A stretch of DNA of 64,000 nt from an uncultured Clostridia bacterium (GTDB lineage: Bacteria; Bacillota; Clostridia; Oscillospirales; JAAYOS01), in the NCBI GenBank assembly GCA_947593925.1, contig CANQDU010000004.1, positions 49,834 through 113,833 on the forward strand, written 5' to 3'. Of this stretch, positions 1 through 9,464 are shown piece by piece (position 1 is the first letter of the stretch; the number at the start of each line of letters is the position of its first letter). The notes under the pieces were generated by a model. The model ran no database searches. It saw only the letters and a program-made list of their open reading frames with translations, and was not told where the DNA came from. A program made the translations under genes and the position numbers.

Positions 1-119
1 ACCGTATCCTCTCCGAGGCGGGCTTTCACGGCGCGAAGCGGAAGAACACCGTGGACGCCGTGGCGGCAAGCCTGATACTCGAAGGCTATCTCGCGGCAAT
101 GAAAAACGGCCGCGTATAA
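1..119 (+). CDS. ruvX: C-terminal fragment of YqgF/RuvX-like putative pre-16S rRNA nuclease / Holliday junction resolvase (gene begins upstream of window)
   Basis: Frame 3 reads RILSEAGFHGAKRKNTVDAVAASLILEGYLAAMKNGRV, stop TAA 117-119. The K(R/K)xxVDxxAAxxILExYL tail is typical of YqgF-family C-termini. Confidence 0.5.
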   Translation, partial: RILSEAGFHGAKRKNTVDAVAASLILEGYLAAMKNGRV

Positions 120-146
120 CGTATAAATTCATATTGTTTTGAAAGG

Positions 147-2147
147 GTGATGCGGAAAATGAAGAAAAAGATAACGGCGGAAACTCTCTGTGAGCTGAAG
201 TTCCCCTCCGAGCCGCGCTTCTCGCCGGACGGACGCTATACCGCGTTCGTCGTGAAGAACGTGAACGGCGAGCGCACCGGCTACTCGAGCGACATCTGGC
301 TCAGCGAGAACGGCTCCGCCCCGCGCAGGCTCACCGCCATGGGCGACGGCGGCTCCTTCTGCTGGTCGCCGGAGGGGAAGATACTCTTCTCCGCCTCGCG
401 CACGCCGGAGGACAAGAAGCGCGCGGGCAAGGGCGAGAAGTTCACCTCCGTCTACGAGATCTCGCCCGACGGAGGCGAGGCGACGAAGGCGTTCACGCTC
501 GAGCACGCCGCAGGCGGGCTCCGCCACGTCGAGGGCAGCCTGTACCTCTTTACCGCCCGCACGGACGAGGCGTATCCCGAGGCGGGAAGCGACGGCTTTG
601 ACAAGGCGCTCGAGCAGTACAACTCCCCCGCCTACCGGGGCATTGAGGACACGCCGTTCTGGTCGAACGGCAGCGGCTTCACCGCCGGTATGCACAGCGT
701 CCTCTTCCTCTACGACCGCGAGAGCGGCAAAGAGACTCAGGTCACGCCGGAGGGCTTCGACGTCCGCTCGGTGTCCGCGAAGAACGGAAAGATAGTCTAC
801 ACCGGCTCGGCGCAGGGTCGCGTCCGCGACATGAGGATATCAGGCCTCTACCTCTATGGCATAGCCTCCGGGTCGACCGAGACGCTTATCGAGCCAGGAC
901 GTCTCAAGCTCGGCTTTGCCGAGCTTCGCGACTGCGGCGACGTCCTCCTCACCTGCACCGACGGTGCAAAGTACGGCGACACCGAGAGCGGCACGCTCCA
1001 CACTCTCGACATTGCGACAAAAGAGCTCCGTCCGCTCGGAGACGGCGCGGTCGTACCGGTCGGCGCCGTCGGAAGCGACGCTCGCCTCGGCGGCGGCATG
1101 AAGACCAAAATCGTGGGCGACGATCTGTACTTCGTGAGCCTCGACCGCTACAAGAACTCCTTAAAGAAGGTCACTTCGGACGGCGGTATCGAGACCGTCC
1201 TCTCCGAGCGCTGCGGTATAGACTCGTTTGACATCTGCGGCGGCAGCGTAGCCTCGATAGAGCTCTCCCCCGTCCGCACGCCCGAGCTGTATATCGACGG
1301 CCGGCAGATAACCGACTTCTCCGCGCCGCTCGACGAGTACGAGACCGTCGCGCCGGAGTACATACCCTTCACGAACGCGGACGGGCTCGTCATAGACGGC
1401 TGGATGCTCCGCCCCGTGGGCTTCGAGGCGGGAAAGAAGTACCCGGCTCTTCTCGAGATACACGGAGGGCCGCGCACCGCGTTCGGCGAGGCGTTCTTCC
1501 ACGAGATGCAGGTTTTCGCAAACGCCGGTTACTTCGTCCTCTTCTGCAACCCGCGCGGCTCGGACGGGCGCGGAGATGCGTTCGCGGATATATGGGGCAA
1601 GTACGGCAGTATCGACTACGACGATATAATGGCGTTTGTTGACAGCGCCCTCGCGTGCGAGAAGTCGATAGACCCGGCGCGGCTCGGCGTCCTCGGCGGA
1701 AGCTACGGCGGCTACATGACAAACTGGATTATCGGCCACACCGACCGCTTCGCCGCCGCCGCAAGCCAGCGCTCCATAGCGAACTGGACCTCCTTCGAGT
1801 TCACAAGCGACATCGGCTTCAACTTCACCCGCATGAACCACCGCACCTCCACCCACGAGAACTGGGACTATCTCTGGGACATCTCCCCGCTCAAGTACGC
1901 GGATAAGGTGAAGACCCCGACGCTTTTCATACACTCGGACAATGACTTCCGCTGCTGGATGGTCGAGGGCATTCAGATGTTCACGGCGCTCCGCTTCCAC
2001 GGCGTCGAGAGCTGCCTCTGCCTCTTTGAGGGCGAGAACCACGAGCTTTCCCGCTCCGGCAAGCCGACTAACCGCATAAGCCGCATCGAGGAGATGCGGG
2101 AGTGGTTTGAAAAGTATCTTCATCCCGAGGAGGCGCAGGAGAAATGA
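147..2147 (+). CDS. S9 family serine peptidase (prolyl oligopeptidase / acylaminoacyl-peptidase type), paralog 1
   Basis: 666-aa ORF. N-terminal beta-propeller-like region plus C-terminal alpha/beta hydrolase with nucleophile motif GGSYGGYMTNW, and D/H context IHSDNDFRC...ENHELSR. Confidence 0.85.
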   Translation: MMRKMKKKITAETLCELKFPSEPRFSPDGRYTAFVVKNVNGERTGYSSDIWLSENGSAPRRLTAMGDGGSFCWSPEGKILFSASRTPEDKKRAGKGEKFTSVYEISPDGGEATKAFTLEHAAGGLRHVEGSLYLFTARTDEAYPEAGSDGFDKALEQYNSPAYRGIEDTPFWSNGSGFTAGMHSVLFLYDRESGKETQVTPEGFDVRSVSAKNGKIVYTGSAQGRVRDMRISGLYLYGIASGSTETLIEPGRLKLGFAELRDCGDVLLTCTDGAKYGDTESGTLHTLDIATKELRPLGDGAVVPVGAVGSDARLGGGMKTKIVGDDLYFVSLDRYKNSLKKVTSDGGIETVLSERCGIDSFDICGGSVASIELSPVRTPELYIDGRQITDFSAPLDEYETVAPEYIPFTNADGLVIDGWMLRPVGFEAGKKYPALLEIHGGPRTAFGEAFFHEMQVFANAGYFVLFCNPRGSDGRGDAFADIWGKYGSIDYDDIMAFVDSALACEKSIDPARLGVLGGSYGGYMTNWIIGHTDRFAAAASQRSIANWTSFEFTSDIGFNFTRMNHRTSTHENWDYLWDISPLKYADKVKTPTLFIHSDNDFRCWMVEGIQMFTALRFHGVESCLCLFEGENHELSRSGKPTNRISRIEEMREWFEKYLHPEEAQEK

Positions 2148-4063
2148 CTAAGAAGAGCGTAGCATACACCGATATATACGAATACTCGCAGGTCTCCGGC
2201 GCGAAGTGGTCGCCGGACGGCAGTTACGCCGTCTTCACGGAGAACCGCGCGGACGAGGAGAAGAACGGCTACAAAACCTGCCTCTGGCTCTACGACAAGG
2301 AGACGGGAAAGACGAAGCGCCTCACAAGCTCCGGCTCCGACCGCTTCGCGTACTGGGAGGAGGAGACCGGCGCCGTCGTGTTCGCGTCCGGCCGTCCCGG
2401 CGCGCCGAAGCGCGAGGGCGCGAAGCCGGAGGACCCCGTCACTCATCTCTTCCGCATATTCCCGGACGGCGGCGAGGCGGAGTTCTACTTCGACCTTCCT
2501 ACCGCCGGTTCCCTCATGCCGATAAAGGACGGGCTGTTCCTTGTCCGCTCCTTCGAGCACGCCCTGCCCGAGGACGAGCGTCCGAAGCGCAAGGGTTATC
2601 AGGTCTTTGACGAGATACCGTTCTGGATAAACGGCATGGGCGTCACGAACAAGAAGCGTCCCGCACTCTCGATATTCGACCGCGCGACGGGGAAGCTCAC
2701 CCGCTTTACCTCTCCCCTATTTGAGGCCGGCGGCGCGGACATATCCCCGGACAAGACAAAGATAGCCTTTACCGGCTCCGAGCTCATCGGCGCGAAGCGC
2801 CGTCAGGGCGGACTGTTCCTCTACGACATAGCTTCCGGCAAGACCGAGACGCTCATCGACCCGCTCACCTCCTGCGTGGACAAGGCGGCGTTCTGGGACG
2901 ACGGCACGCTCCTCATCGGGATAAATCCCTGCAAGGACAGCCACTCCGCCTCCGACCTCTACCGCTACGACCTCACGACTCGGAAGATGACGAAGTTCCC
3001 GCACGACCTCGCGATATACCAGACGGTGCGGGACGGCGGCCTCCTCTACTTCTGCCACGACGAGTGGAGCCACAGCCGCATCGGCGCGATGAACAGCGCG
3101 GGCGAGATAGTGTATTCGCTCTCGACGCCCGGCAGCGTCACCGGCTTCGACGTAAAGGACGGAGAGATAGTCCTCACCGGCGACCGTCCGAACGGGATGC
3201 AGGAGTTCGGAAGGGTCGCGGACGGCGCGGTCGAGTGGATAAGCGCGATAAACGACGGATATGTCGCCTCGCACGAGATAATCCCCGCCGAGCGCTTCAC
3301 CTTCACGAACTCGGACGGCGTGGAGATCGAGGGCTTTGTCATAAAGCCCGCCGGCTGGGAGAAGGGCGGCTCGTACCCCGGCCTTCTCGAGATACACGGA
3401 GGACCGAAGGCCGCCTACAACGTCGCCTACAACCACGAGATGCAGGCGTACGCGGCGCAGGGGTACTACGTCTTCTTCTGCAACCCGCGCGGGTCGAGCG
3501 GACGGACAAGCGAGTTTGCCGACGTCACCGGCAAGCTCGGCACTATTGACTACCGCGACGTCATGGAGTTCACGGACGAAGTCCTCGCCCGCGAGCCCGA
3601 GCTTGACGAAAAGCGGCTCGGCGTCCTCGGCGGTAGCTACGGCGGCTTCATGACGAACTGGATAATCGGCCACACGAACCGCTTCGCCGCCGCCGCAAGC
3701 CAGCGCTCCATCTCGAACTACTTCACGAAATGTCTCACGACCGACATCGGCCACTACCACAACCTCACCCAGATGGAGACCGACCCGTGGCAGGGCGCGG
3801 ATGTGTTCTGGGAGCACTCGCCGCTGAAGTACGCGGACAAGTGCGTCACCCCGACGATATTCATCTGCTCCGACCACGACTTCCGCTGCTGGTTCGCGGA
3901 GGGCATACAGATGTACAACGCGATACGCCGCAACGGCGTGGACGCGCGGCTCTGCATCTTCAAGGACGAGAACCACGAGCTCTCGCGCTCCGGCAAGCCG
4001 AAGAACCGCATTTCCCGCCTCGACGAGATGCTGAAGTGGTTTGACAGATACCTCAAGAAGTAA
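2144..4063 (+). CDS. S9 family serine peptidase, paralog 2
   Basis: 639-aa ORF. GGSYGGFMTNW, CSDHDFRCW and ENHELSRSGKP motifs are colinear with the upstream paralog. ATGA start/stop overlap at 2144-2147, RBS GCAGGAGA. Confidence 0.85.
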   Translation: MTKKSVAYTDIYEYSQVSGAKWSPDGSYAVFTENRADEEKNGYKTCLWLYDKETGKTKRLTSSGSDRFAYWEEETGAVVFASGRPGAPKREGAKPEDPVTHLFRIFPDGGEAEFYFDLPTAGSLMPIKDGLFLVRSFEHALPEDERPKRKGYQVFDEIPFWINGMGVTNKKRPALSIFDRATGKLTRFTSPLFEAGGADISPDKTKIAFTGSELIGAKRRQGGLFLYDIASGKTETLIDPLTSCVDKAAFWDDGTLLIGINPCKDSHSASDLYRYDLTTRKMTKFPHDLAIYQTVRDGGLLYFCHDEWSHSRIGAMNSAGEIVYSLSTPGSVTGFDVKDGEIVLTGDRPNGMQEFGRVADGAVEWISAINDGYVASHEIIPAERFTFTNSDGVEIEGFVIKPAGWEKGGSYPGLLEIHGGPKAAYNVAYNHEMQAYAAQGYYVFFCNPRGSSGRTSEFADVTGKLGTIDYRDVMEFTDEVLAREPELDEKRLGVLGGSYGGFMTNWIIGHTNRFAAAASQRSISNYFTKCLTTDIGHYHNLTQMETDPWQGADVFWEHSPLKYADKCVTPTIFICSDHDFRCWFAEGIQMYNAIRRNGVDARLCIFKDENHELSRSGKPKNRISRLDEMLKWFDRYLKK

Positions 4064-4079
4064 GTCCGTTCATACATAC

Positions 4080-4113
4080 AGAGCGGAGACCCGCGCGGTC
4101 TCCGCTCTTTTTT
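4080..4113 (+). terminator. Rho-independent terminator after S9 peptidase pair
   Basis: 12-bp perfect stem AGAGCGGAGACC/GGTCTCCGCTCT with 5-nt loop, followed by a T-run. Confidence 0.8.
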
Positions 4114-4197
4114 CAAAAAAAAATTATTACGCTCCGGGTGCGACCCCGGCGCTTCAAAACCCCACTTACGGGGTGAGAACGAAAGGAGGCGGTAAGC

Positions 4198-4752
4198 TTG
4201 GACGACGAGAGGATAACCGGTCTGTTCTTCGCGCGGGACGAGACGGCGCTGTCGGAGGCGAGCGAGAAGTACGGCGCGGCGCTGCTGCGCCTCGCGCGGC
4301 GGCTCCTCGGCTCGCGCGAGGACGCGGAGGAGATGCTCAACGACACCCTCCTCCGCGCGTGGAATGCCATTCCGCCCGCGCGCCCCGCAAGTCTCGGCGC
4401 GTACCTCGCGGGGATATGCCGCCGCGCCGCGTTCGAGCGTCTGGAGCGCCGCTCCGCGCAGAAGCGCTCGGCAGAGCTCGTCGAGCTCACGGCGGAAATG
4501 GAGCTCTGCATCCCCGACCCCCGGAGCGGGGCCGAGGCGGACGAAAGCGAGCTCGCGGAGTCGATAAACCGCTTCCTTGCGGAGCTTCCGGCGGAGCAGC
4601 GCGTCATCTTCCTGCGGCGGTACTGGTTTGCCGACAGCATAGCCGAGGCGTCTCAGCGCCTCGGCATAGGCGAGAGCAAGGTAAAGACCACCCTTTTCCG
4701 CCTTCGGAAGCGTCTCAGAAAGCATCTTGAAAGCGAGGGATTCAACGTATGA
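4198..4752 (+). CDS. ECF-type sigma-70 family RNA polymerase sigma factor
   Basis: 184 aa. Region 2-like EDAEEMLNDTLLRAW and region 4 HTH IAEASQRLGIGESKVKTTLFRLRKRL. TTG start preceded by AAAGGAGG. Confidence 0.8.
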   Translation: MDDERITGLFFARDETALSEASEKYGAALLRLARRLLGSREDAEEMLNDTLLRAWNAIPPARPASLGAYLAGICRRAAFERLERRSAQKRSAELVELTAEMELCIPDPRSGAEADESELAESINRFLAELPAEQRVIFLRRYWFADSIAEASQRLGIGESKVKTTLFRLRKRLRKHLESEGFNV

Positions 4753-5663
4753 ACGGAGAAAATCTGCTGAAAAGTCTCGGCGGCATAGACGAGCGGTTCG
4801 TCGCGGAGGCGATGTCCGCCCGTTCCGAGGGCAGGAGAACAGCGTTCTGCGCGGGGCCGGAGCGCCGCCCGCGGCACATCGGCGCCGCAGCCGCGGCGTG
4901 CCTCGCCGCCGCGCTCATAGCGTCGGCGTTTTTCGCGTCGCTGCGGCGCGGCGCATCGGAGGGGGACGTCCTGCTCGGCTCGGGCGAGCCCGGTTCCGTC
5001 GAAAGCCCGTACCTGCTCCCGAGCCGCGCGCCGCAGATATCCGAGGCTCCGGCGGTCTCGGACGCGCCGGAGACGCTTCTGCTCGACATGGGTGCGATAC
5101 ACATCAACGAGCAGGAGAGCATCGTAAGCGACAGCGCTCCCTACTTCGCCCCCGCGCTCTACCGCGACGAGCGCTGGGGCTCTGCCGCCGTGGAGGAATA
5201 CTTCGGACGGAGCTTCGCGCCAGCGTGGCGGCCGGACGACCTCGCGTCCGTCTCGGACGGCGGCCTGATGGCGACCGTAAAAAGGGAGAGCGGCGAAGTC
5301 GTGTGGGACGAGCTGTACCTCGTCTACCGGGACGAGGACTATCCCGACCCGATAAAGCGCGGCTTTACGGTAATCGCTTCGAAGCTCGGTCTCGGCCGCT
5401 GCTGCGTCTACATGACCGACTCGACCGAGACAAGCGACGTCTTCGGCACGGAGGTCGTCTTCGGTCACTGCCGGCTCTCCTACGGCCCATACGACCCGGA
5501 TACGCACGAGCCCTCCGGGTGGTACGACATCTACCTCGCGGACTTCGAGCTCGACGGCGCGCAGGTGTCGGTCACGGCGAACCGCCTCACGGAGGAGGAG
5601 CTTGTGAAGGTCGTCGCGTCGATAATATCCGGGACGGACGGCATAGAACTCGTCGGCGCTTGA
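4749..5663 (+). CDS. Single-pass membrane protein translationally coupled to the ECF sigma; putative anti-sigma factor
   Basis: ATGA overlap with the sigma gene. Short cytoplasmic N-terminus (LLKSLGGIDERFVAEAM), one TM (HIGAAAAACLAAALIASAFFASL) and a ~230-aa extracytoplasmic domain. No HxxxCxxC zinc motif seen, so the function is inferred from position only. Confidence 0.55.
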   Translation: MNGENLLKSLGGIDERFVAEAMSARSEGRRTAFCAGPERRPRHIGAAAAACLAAALIASAFFASLRRGASEGDVLLGSGEPGSVESPYLLPSRAPQISEAPAVSDAPETLLLDMGAIHINEQESIVSDSAPYFAPALYRDERWGSAAVEEYFGRSFAPAWRPDDLASVSDGGLMATVKRESGEVVWDELYLVYRDEDYPDPIKRGFTVIASKLGLGRCCVYMTDSTETSDVFGTEVVFGHCRLSYGPYDPDTHEPSGWYDIYLADFELDGAQVSVTANRLTEEELVKVVASIISGTDGIELVGA

Positions 5664-5803
5664 CAGGCGCGGCGGACGGTGGTATCATAGTTGTGCTTGA
5701 CAGCGGACGCCGCGCCGCGGTCCTTGCGGCACGGAAGTCCCGCCGCAGGCGCGTTTCCCGCGCCGAAAGTGCGAAAAAATCGAAAGATTTTTCGGTATTT
5801 GTC

Positions 5804-5833
5804 TTGACAAAGAGCCTCGCGCCGTGGTATGAT
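5804..5833 (+). promoter_or_regulatory. Sigma-A type promoter for rpmG-secE-nusG
   Basis: TTGACA (5804-5809), 18-nt spacer, TGgTATGAT extended -10 (TATGAT 5828-5833), ~120 nt upstream of rpmG. Confidence 0.6.
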
Positions 5834-5953
5834 TATCATACCTTTGTGTGGGGTTCTTTTTTTGTGTGCAAAAAAAGCTGCCGACAGGCTTTTTTCCATG
5901 CGGAAATCCCCCGCTCCAAAGGGAGGCAAATTTTTTAAGGAGGTGCCGCTAAT

Positions 5954-6118
5954 ATGGCTGCTGTTGCTAACCGCGTTAAGATCACTCTGGCCTGTTCCGA
6001 GTGCAAACAGCGCAACTACAACACCATGAAGAACAAGAAGAACGATCCCGACCGTCTGGAAATGAAGAAGTACTGCCGTTTCTGCCGCAAGCACACGGTC
6101 CACAGGGAAGCGAGGTAA
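5954..6118 (+). CDS. rpmG: 50S ribosomal protein L33
   Basis: 54-aa ORF absent from the track (<60 aa): [54 protein letters not shown], with the CxxC...CxxC zinc ribbon. RBS AAGGAGG upstream. Confidence 0.9.
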   Translation: MAAVANRVKITLACSECKQRNYNTMKNKKNDPDRLEMKKYCRFCRKHTVHREAR

Positions 6119-6122
6119 CCGG

Positions 6123-6377
6123 ATGGCTAAGGATAAGGAGAAGAAGCCGAATTTCTTCGTTCGCATCGGCAAGCGGATAGCCAAGTGGTTCCGCGAGCTG
6201 AAGAGCGAGCTGAAGAAGGTCGTCTGGCCGACCCCCAAGCAGACGGTAAACAACACCGCCGTCGTCATCGTGGTGTGTGTTCTTGTCGGAGCCGTCATCG
6301 CACTGTTCAGTCTTGCCGCGTCCGAGGGCGTTTCACTTTTGATAAACCTCGTCAATCCCGGCGCGGGCGTCGCTTAA
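6123..6377 (+). CDS. secE: Preprotein translocase subunit SecE
   Basis: 84 aa. WFRELKSELKKVVWPTPKQT followed by a single TM. Conserved position between rpmG and nusG. Confidence 0.85.
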   Translation: MAKDKEKKPNFFVRIGKRIAKWFRELKSELKKVVWPTPKQTVNNTAVVIVVCVLVGAVIALFSLAASEGVSLLINLVNPGAGVA

Positions 6378-6389
6378 GGAGCGAAGAAA

Positions 6390-6908
6390 ATGGCTGAAGA
6401 AGCAAAGTGGTACGTCGTGCACACCTACTCCGGTTACGAGAGCAAGGTCGCCGCTACCATACTCCAGACCGTTGAGAACCGCAAGCTCCATGACTACATC
6501 TCGGAGGTGAGCATTCCTACCGAGACCGTTCAGGAGATAAAGAACTCAAAGACGGTCGAGCGTGAGCACAACATGTTCCCCGGCTACGTCCTCGTCAAGA
6601 TGGTCATGAATGACGACAGCTGGCACATCGTCCGCAACATACGCGGCGTCACCGGCTTTGTCGGCCCCGGGGGAAAGCCCGTCGCTCTCACCGATGAGGA
6701 GGTCGCTTCCCTCGGCGTCGAGCAGAAGCAGCTCACGGTCGATTACCATACGGGCGACAGCGTCCGCATCACCGACGGTTCTCTCGACGGTTTTATCGGT
6801 ACCGTCGAGGAGGTCTCACCGGAGAAGAACAAGGTTCGCGTCACGATAAGCATGTTCGGGCGCGACACGCCGGTCGAGCTCGAGCTCGATCAGGTCGAAC
6901 CGATATAA
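6390..6908 (+). CDS. nusG: Transcription termination/antitermination factor NusG
   Basis: 172 aa. KWYVVHTYSGYE NGN domain and C-terminal KOW (GDSVRITDGSLDGFIGTVEEV). Confidence 0.95.
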   Translation: MAEEAKWYVVHTYSGYESKVAATILQTVENRKLHDYISEVSIPTETVQEIKNSKTVEREHNMFPGYVLVKMVMNDDSWHIVRNIRGVTGFVGPGGKPVALTDEEVASLGVEQKQLTVDYHTGDSVRITDGSLDGFIGTVEEVSPEKNKVRVTISMFGRDTPVELELDQVEPI

Positions 6909-6979
6909 GTACAGGTCCCGTTCGTGGGAGGAGATAATTCTCCGCATTTACCACATCATACCAAGGAGGTCATTATAAA

Positions 6980-7405
6980 ATGGCTCAGAAAGTAGTAGGC
7001 GTCATTAAGCTCCAGATACCCGCCGGCAAGGCGACTCCCGCCCCCCCGGTAGGTCCGGCGCTCGGTCAGCACGGCGTCAACATCGTCGCGTTCACCAAGG
7101 ATTTCAACGAGCGCACCAAGAATGATGTCGGTCTCATCATTCCGGTGATCATCACCGTCTATGCCGACCGCTCGTTTACCTTTGTCACCAAGACCCCGCC
7201 CGCCCCGGTGCTTATCAAGAAGGCGTGCAATATCGAGACCGCGTCCGGCACCCCCAACAAGGAGAAGGTCGCCACCATCTCGAAGGAGGACGTTCGCAAG
7301 ATCGCCGAGATGAAGATGCCCGACCTCAACGCCGGCTCCATCGAGGCGGCTATGAGCATGATCGCCGGCACCGCCCGCAGCATGGGCGTTCTCGTAGGCG
7401 ACTAA
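6980..7405 (+). CDS. rplK: 50S ribosomal protein L11
   Basis: 141 aa. [27 protein letters not shown] signature. Confidence 0.97.
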   Translation: MAQKVVGVIKLQIPAGKATPAPPVGPALGQHGVNIVAFTKDFNERTKNDVGLIIPVIITVYADRSFTFVTKTPPAPVLIKKACNIETASGTPNKEKVATISKEDVRKIAEMKMPDLNAGSIEAAMSMIAGTARSMGVLVGD

Positions 7406-7484
7406 GCGTTTTGCGCGCGGGTGTTCCGCGCGATAAGTGGGAGGAAATATTTTCCGACCGAACCACTAAAGGAGGATATTTACA

Positions 7485-8177
7485 GTGTCTAAAGGTAAAA
7501 AGTACGTTGACAGCGTAAAGCTGTACGACCGCAACGCGGCATACGAGCCCGCGGAGGCTCTCGACCTCGTCACCAAGACCGCAAAGGCCAAGTTTGACGA
7601 GACCGTCGAGCTGCACGTCCGCCTCGGCGTTGACAGCCGTCATGCGGATCAGCAGGTCCGCGGCTCGATAGTCCTTCCCAACGGCACCGGCCGTCACGTC
7701 CGCGTGGCAGTCTTCGCCAAGGGCGAGCAGGCCGATGAGGCTCTCGCCGCCGGAGCGGAGATAGTCGGCGCGGAGGATCTCGTCGAGCGCATCCAGAAGG
7801 AGAACTTCTTCGAGTTCGACGTCGTCATAGCCGCCCAGAACATGATGGGTCTCGTCGGCCGTCTCGGTCGTGTCCTCGGCCCGAAGGGTCTCATGCCTAA
7901 CCCCCGTGCCGGCACGGTCACGAACGAGGTCGGCAAGGCCGTCACCGAGGCGAAGGCCGGCCGTATAGAGTACCGTCTCGACAGGACGAACATCATCCAC
8001 TGCCCCATCGGCAAGGTCTCCTTCGGCCCGGAGAAGCTCACCGAGAACTTCGACGCTCTGATGGGCGCCATTCTCCGCGCGAAGCCCGCCGCCGCGAAGG
8101 GTCAGTATGTCCGCTCCTGCGTCGTCACCTCGACGATGGGCCCCGGCATAAAGATCAACTCCTCGAGGATGGTCTGA
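7485..8177 (+). CDS. rplA: 50S ribosomal protein L1
   Basis: 230 aa. GTG start 9 nt after [19 protein letters not shown] and GPKGLMPNP motifs. Confidence 0.97.
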   Translation: MSKGKKYVDSVKLYDRNAAYEPAEALDLVTKTAKAKFDETVELHVRLGVDSRHADQQVRGSIVLPNGTGRHVRVAVFAKGEQADEALAAGAEIVGAEDLVERIQKENFFEFDVVIAAQNMMGLVGRLGRVLGPKGLMPNPRAGTVTNEVGKAVTEAKAGRIEYRLDRTNIIHCPIGKVSFGPEKLTENFDALMGAILRAKPAAAKGQYVRSCVVTSTMGPGIKINSSRMV

Positions 8178-8229
8178 GTGCGGTAAGCTCCGATTTACCG
8201 AGTTTTTCCCGAAAAAAGGCGTTTCCCTC

Positions 8230-8258
8230 TTGACATAAGTCTTCTGAGGCGCTATAAT
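8230..8258 (+). promoter_or_regulatory. Sigma-A promoter for rplJ-rplL
   Basis: TTGACA (8230-8235), 17 nt, TATAAT (8253-8258). Confidence 0.7.
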
Positions 8259-8264
8259 AACGTA

Positions 8265-8400
8265 GTGTTCCGCAGACAGCAGGAGACCTTCGGGTCGCAA
8301 ACGGTTCGGCCGTCCCGCCGAGGAAGCGCCTGAATGTAAAGCATTTCTGCGCCCCTGTGTGTGAACACGGGGGCGTTTTCATTGCCCCGTATCCTAATCC
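8265..8400 (+). ncRNA. Ribosomal protein L10 leader (autoregulatory 5' UTR) with attenuator hairpin
   Basis: Structured ~135-nt leader between the promoter and rplJ. It ends in hairpin CGCCCCTGTGT/ACACGGGGGCG (8350-8375) plus TTTT, the position and style expected for the Firmicute L10 leader. Family assignment is not computationally verified. Confidence 0.5.
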
Positions 8401-8415
8401 ACGGAGGTGAAAATT

Positions 8416-8991
8416 TTGGCAAACGCAAATGTTCTTGAACAGAAGAAGGCTCTCGTCGCGGATCTTACCGAGAAGCTGAAGGGTGCGGCAAGCGCCGTCA
8501 TCGTCGATTACAAGGGCATCACCGTCGAGCAGGACACAAAGCTGCGCAAGGAGATGCGCGAAAGCGGCGTTGACTACGCGGTCGTGAAGAACACTCTGCT
8601 CCGCTTCGCCATAAACAGCTGCGGATATGAGGAGCTCGATCCCCTGCTGAACGGAACGACTTCCATCGCGATAAGCCAGAGCGACTCCATCGCTCCGTCC
8701 CGCATAGTCGATCAGTTCACGACGAAGGATCCGACCTGCCCCATCACCATCAAGGGCGGCTTCGTCGAAGGCCGCGTCATGAACGTTGACGAGATAAAGG
8801 CCATCGCCGCTATCCCGTCCAAGGAGGCGCTCATCGCTCAGGTGCTCGGCACCTTGCTCGCGCCTATCTCCAGCCTCGCGTTCGTGCTGGCTCAGGCCGC
8901 CGAGAAGGGCGGCGCTCCGGCAGCAGCCGCCGAGGAGCCCGAAGCCGCGCCTGCGGAGGAACCCGCTCCCGAGGCCGCACCCGCGGAGTAA
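8416..8991 (+). CDS. rplJ: 50S ribosomal protein L10
   Basis: The track ORF starts at GTG 8407 inside the RBS GGAGGTG. TTG 8416 (MANANVLEQKK...) has proper spacing. The C-terminus has an Ala/Glu/Pro-rich tail. Confidence 0.93.
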   Translation: MANANVLEQKKALVADLTEKLKGAASAVIVDYKGITVEQDTKLRKEMRESGVDYAVVKNTLLRFAINSCGYEELDPLLNGTTSIAISQSDSIAPSRIVDQFTTKDPTCPITIKGGFVEGRVMNVDEIKAIAAIPSKEALIAQVLGTLLAPISSLAFVLAQAAEKGGAPAAAAEEPEAAPAEEPAPEAAPAE

Positions 8992-9035
8992 ATCTATCCA
9001 TTTAACCACAATCTGCTTTAAGGAGGCAAATTAAA

Positions 9036-9413
9036 ATGGCAAGCGAAAAGGTAACTGCTATCATTGAAGAAATCAAGAATCTGACCGTTCTCGAACTGTC
9101 GGATATGGTTCACGAGCTCGAAGAGGTATTCGGCGTTTCCGCCGCTGCCGCTGCCGTCGCGGCTCCCGCCGCCGGCGCCGCCGCTCCCGCCGCCGAGGAG
9201 AAGACCGAGTTTGACGTCGTTCTCGCCGAGGTCGGCGCGAACAAGATCGCCGTCATCAAGGTCGTCCGTGAGGTCACCGGTCTCGGCCTGAAGGAAGCCA
9301 AGGAAGTCGTTGACAACGCTCCGAAGGCCGTCAAGGAAGGCGCGAGCAAGGAAGACGCCGAGGCCATCAAGGCCAAGCTCGAAGAGGCCGGCGCAAAGGT
9401 CGAGCTCAAGTAA
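9036..9413 (+). CDS. rplL: 50S ribosomal protein L7/L12
   Basis: 125 aa. Ala-rich hinge and C-terminal domain [19 protein letters not shown]...EAGAKVELK. Confidence 0.97.
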   Translation: MASEKVTAIIEEIKNLTVLELSDMVHELEEVFGVSAAAAAVAAPAAGAAAPAAEEKTEFDVVLAEVGANKIAVIKVVREVTGLGLKEAKEVVDNAPKAVKEGASKEDAEAIKAKLEEAGAKVELK

Positions 9414-9428
9414 GTTACATTGGTTTGT

Positions 9429-9462
9429 AAAACATCCGCAGGCGTTGCCTGCGGATGTTTTT
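9429..9462 (+). terminator. rplL terminator (copy 1 of a triplicated hairpin)
   Basis: AACATCCGCAGGC-GTT-GCCTGCGGATGTT followed by TTT. Confidence 0.85.
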
Positions 9463-9464
9463 GT

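Noticed and set aside
1161-2123. Long antisense or off-frame ORFs inside well-supported genes. Examples: 1161-2123(-), 2717-3976(-), 15688-17016(+), 18644-20296(+), 18987-20075(-), 22794-24293(+), 33085-34890(+), 40229-41362(+), 42836-45049(+), 49452-51326(+), 53360-55264(-), 58423-60327(-), 60425-61990(-)
   Set aside because: These are typical high-GC shadow ORFs: Arg/Ala/Gly/Val-rich, lacking RBS and family motifs. Each is fully overlapped by an ORF on the other strand or frame that has clear catalytic or structural signatures.
4041-5938. Arg-rich + strand ORFs 4041-4730 (229 aa) and 4727-5938 (403 aa)
   Set aside because: These are alternative frames of the sigma / anti-sigma genes and the downstream intergenic region. 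Their extreme Arg/Pro/Gly content is typical of out-of-frame GC-rich translation. The in-frame sigma has region 2 and 4 motifs.
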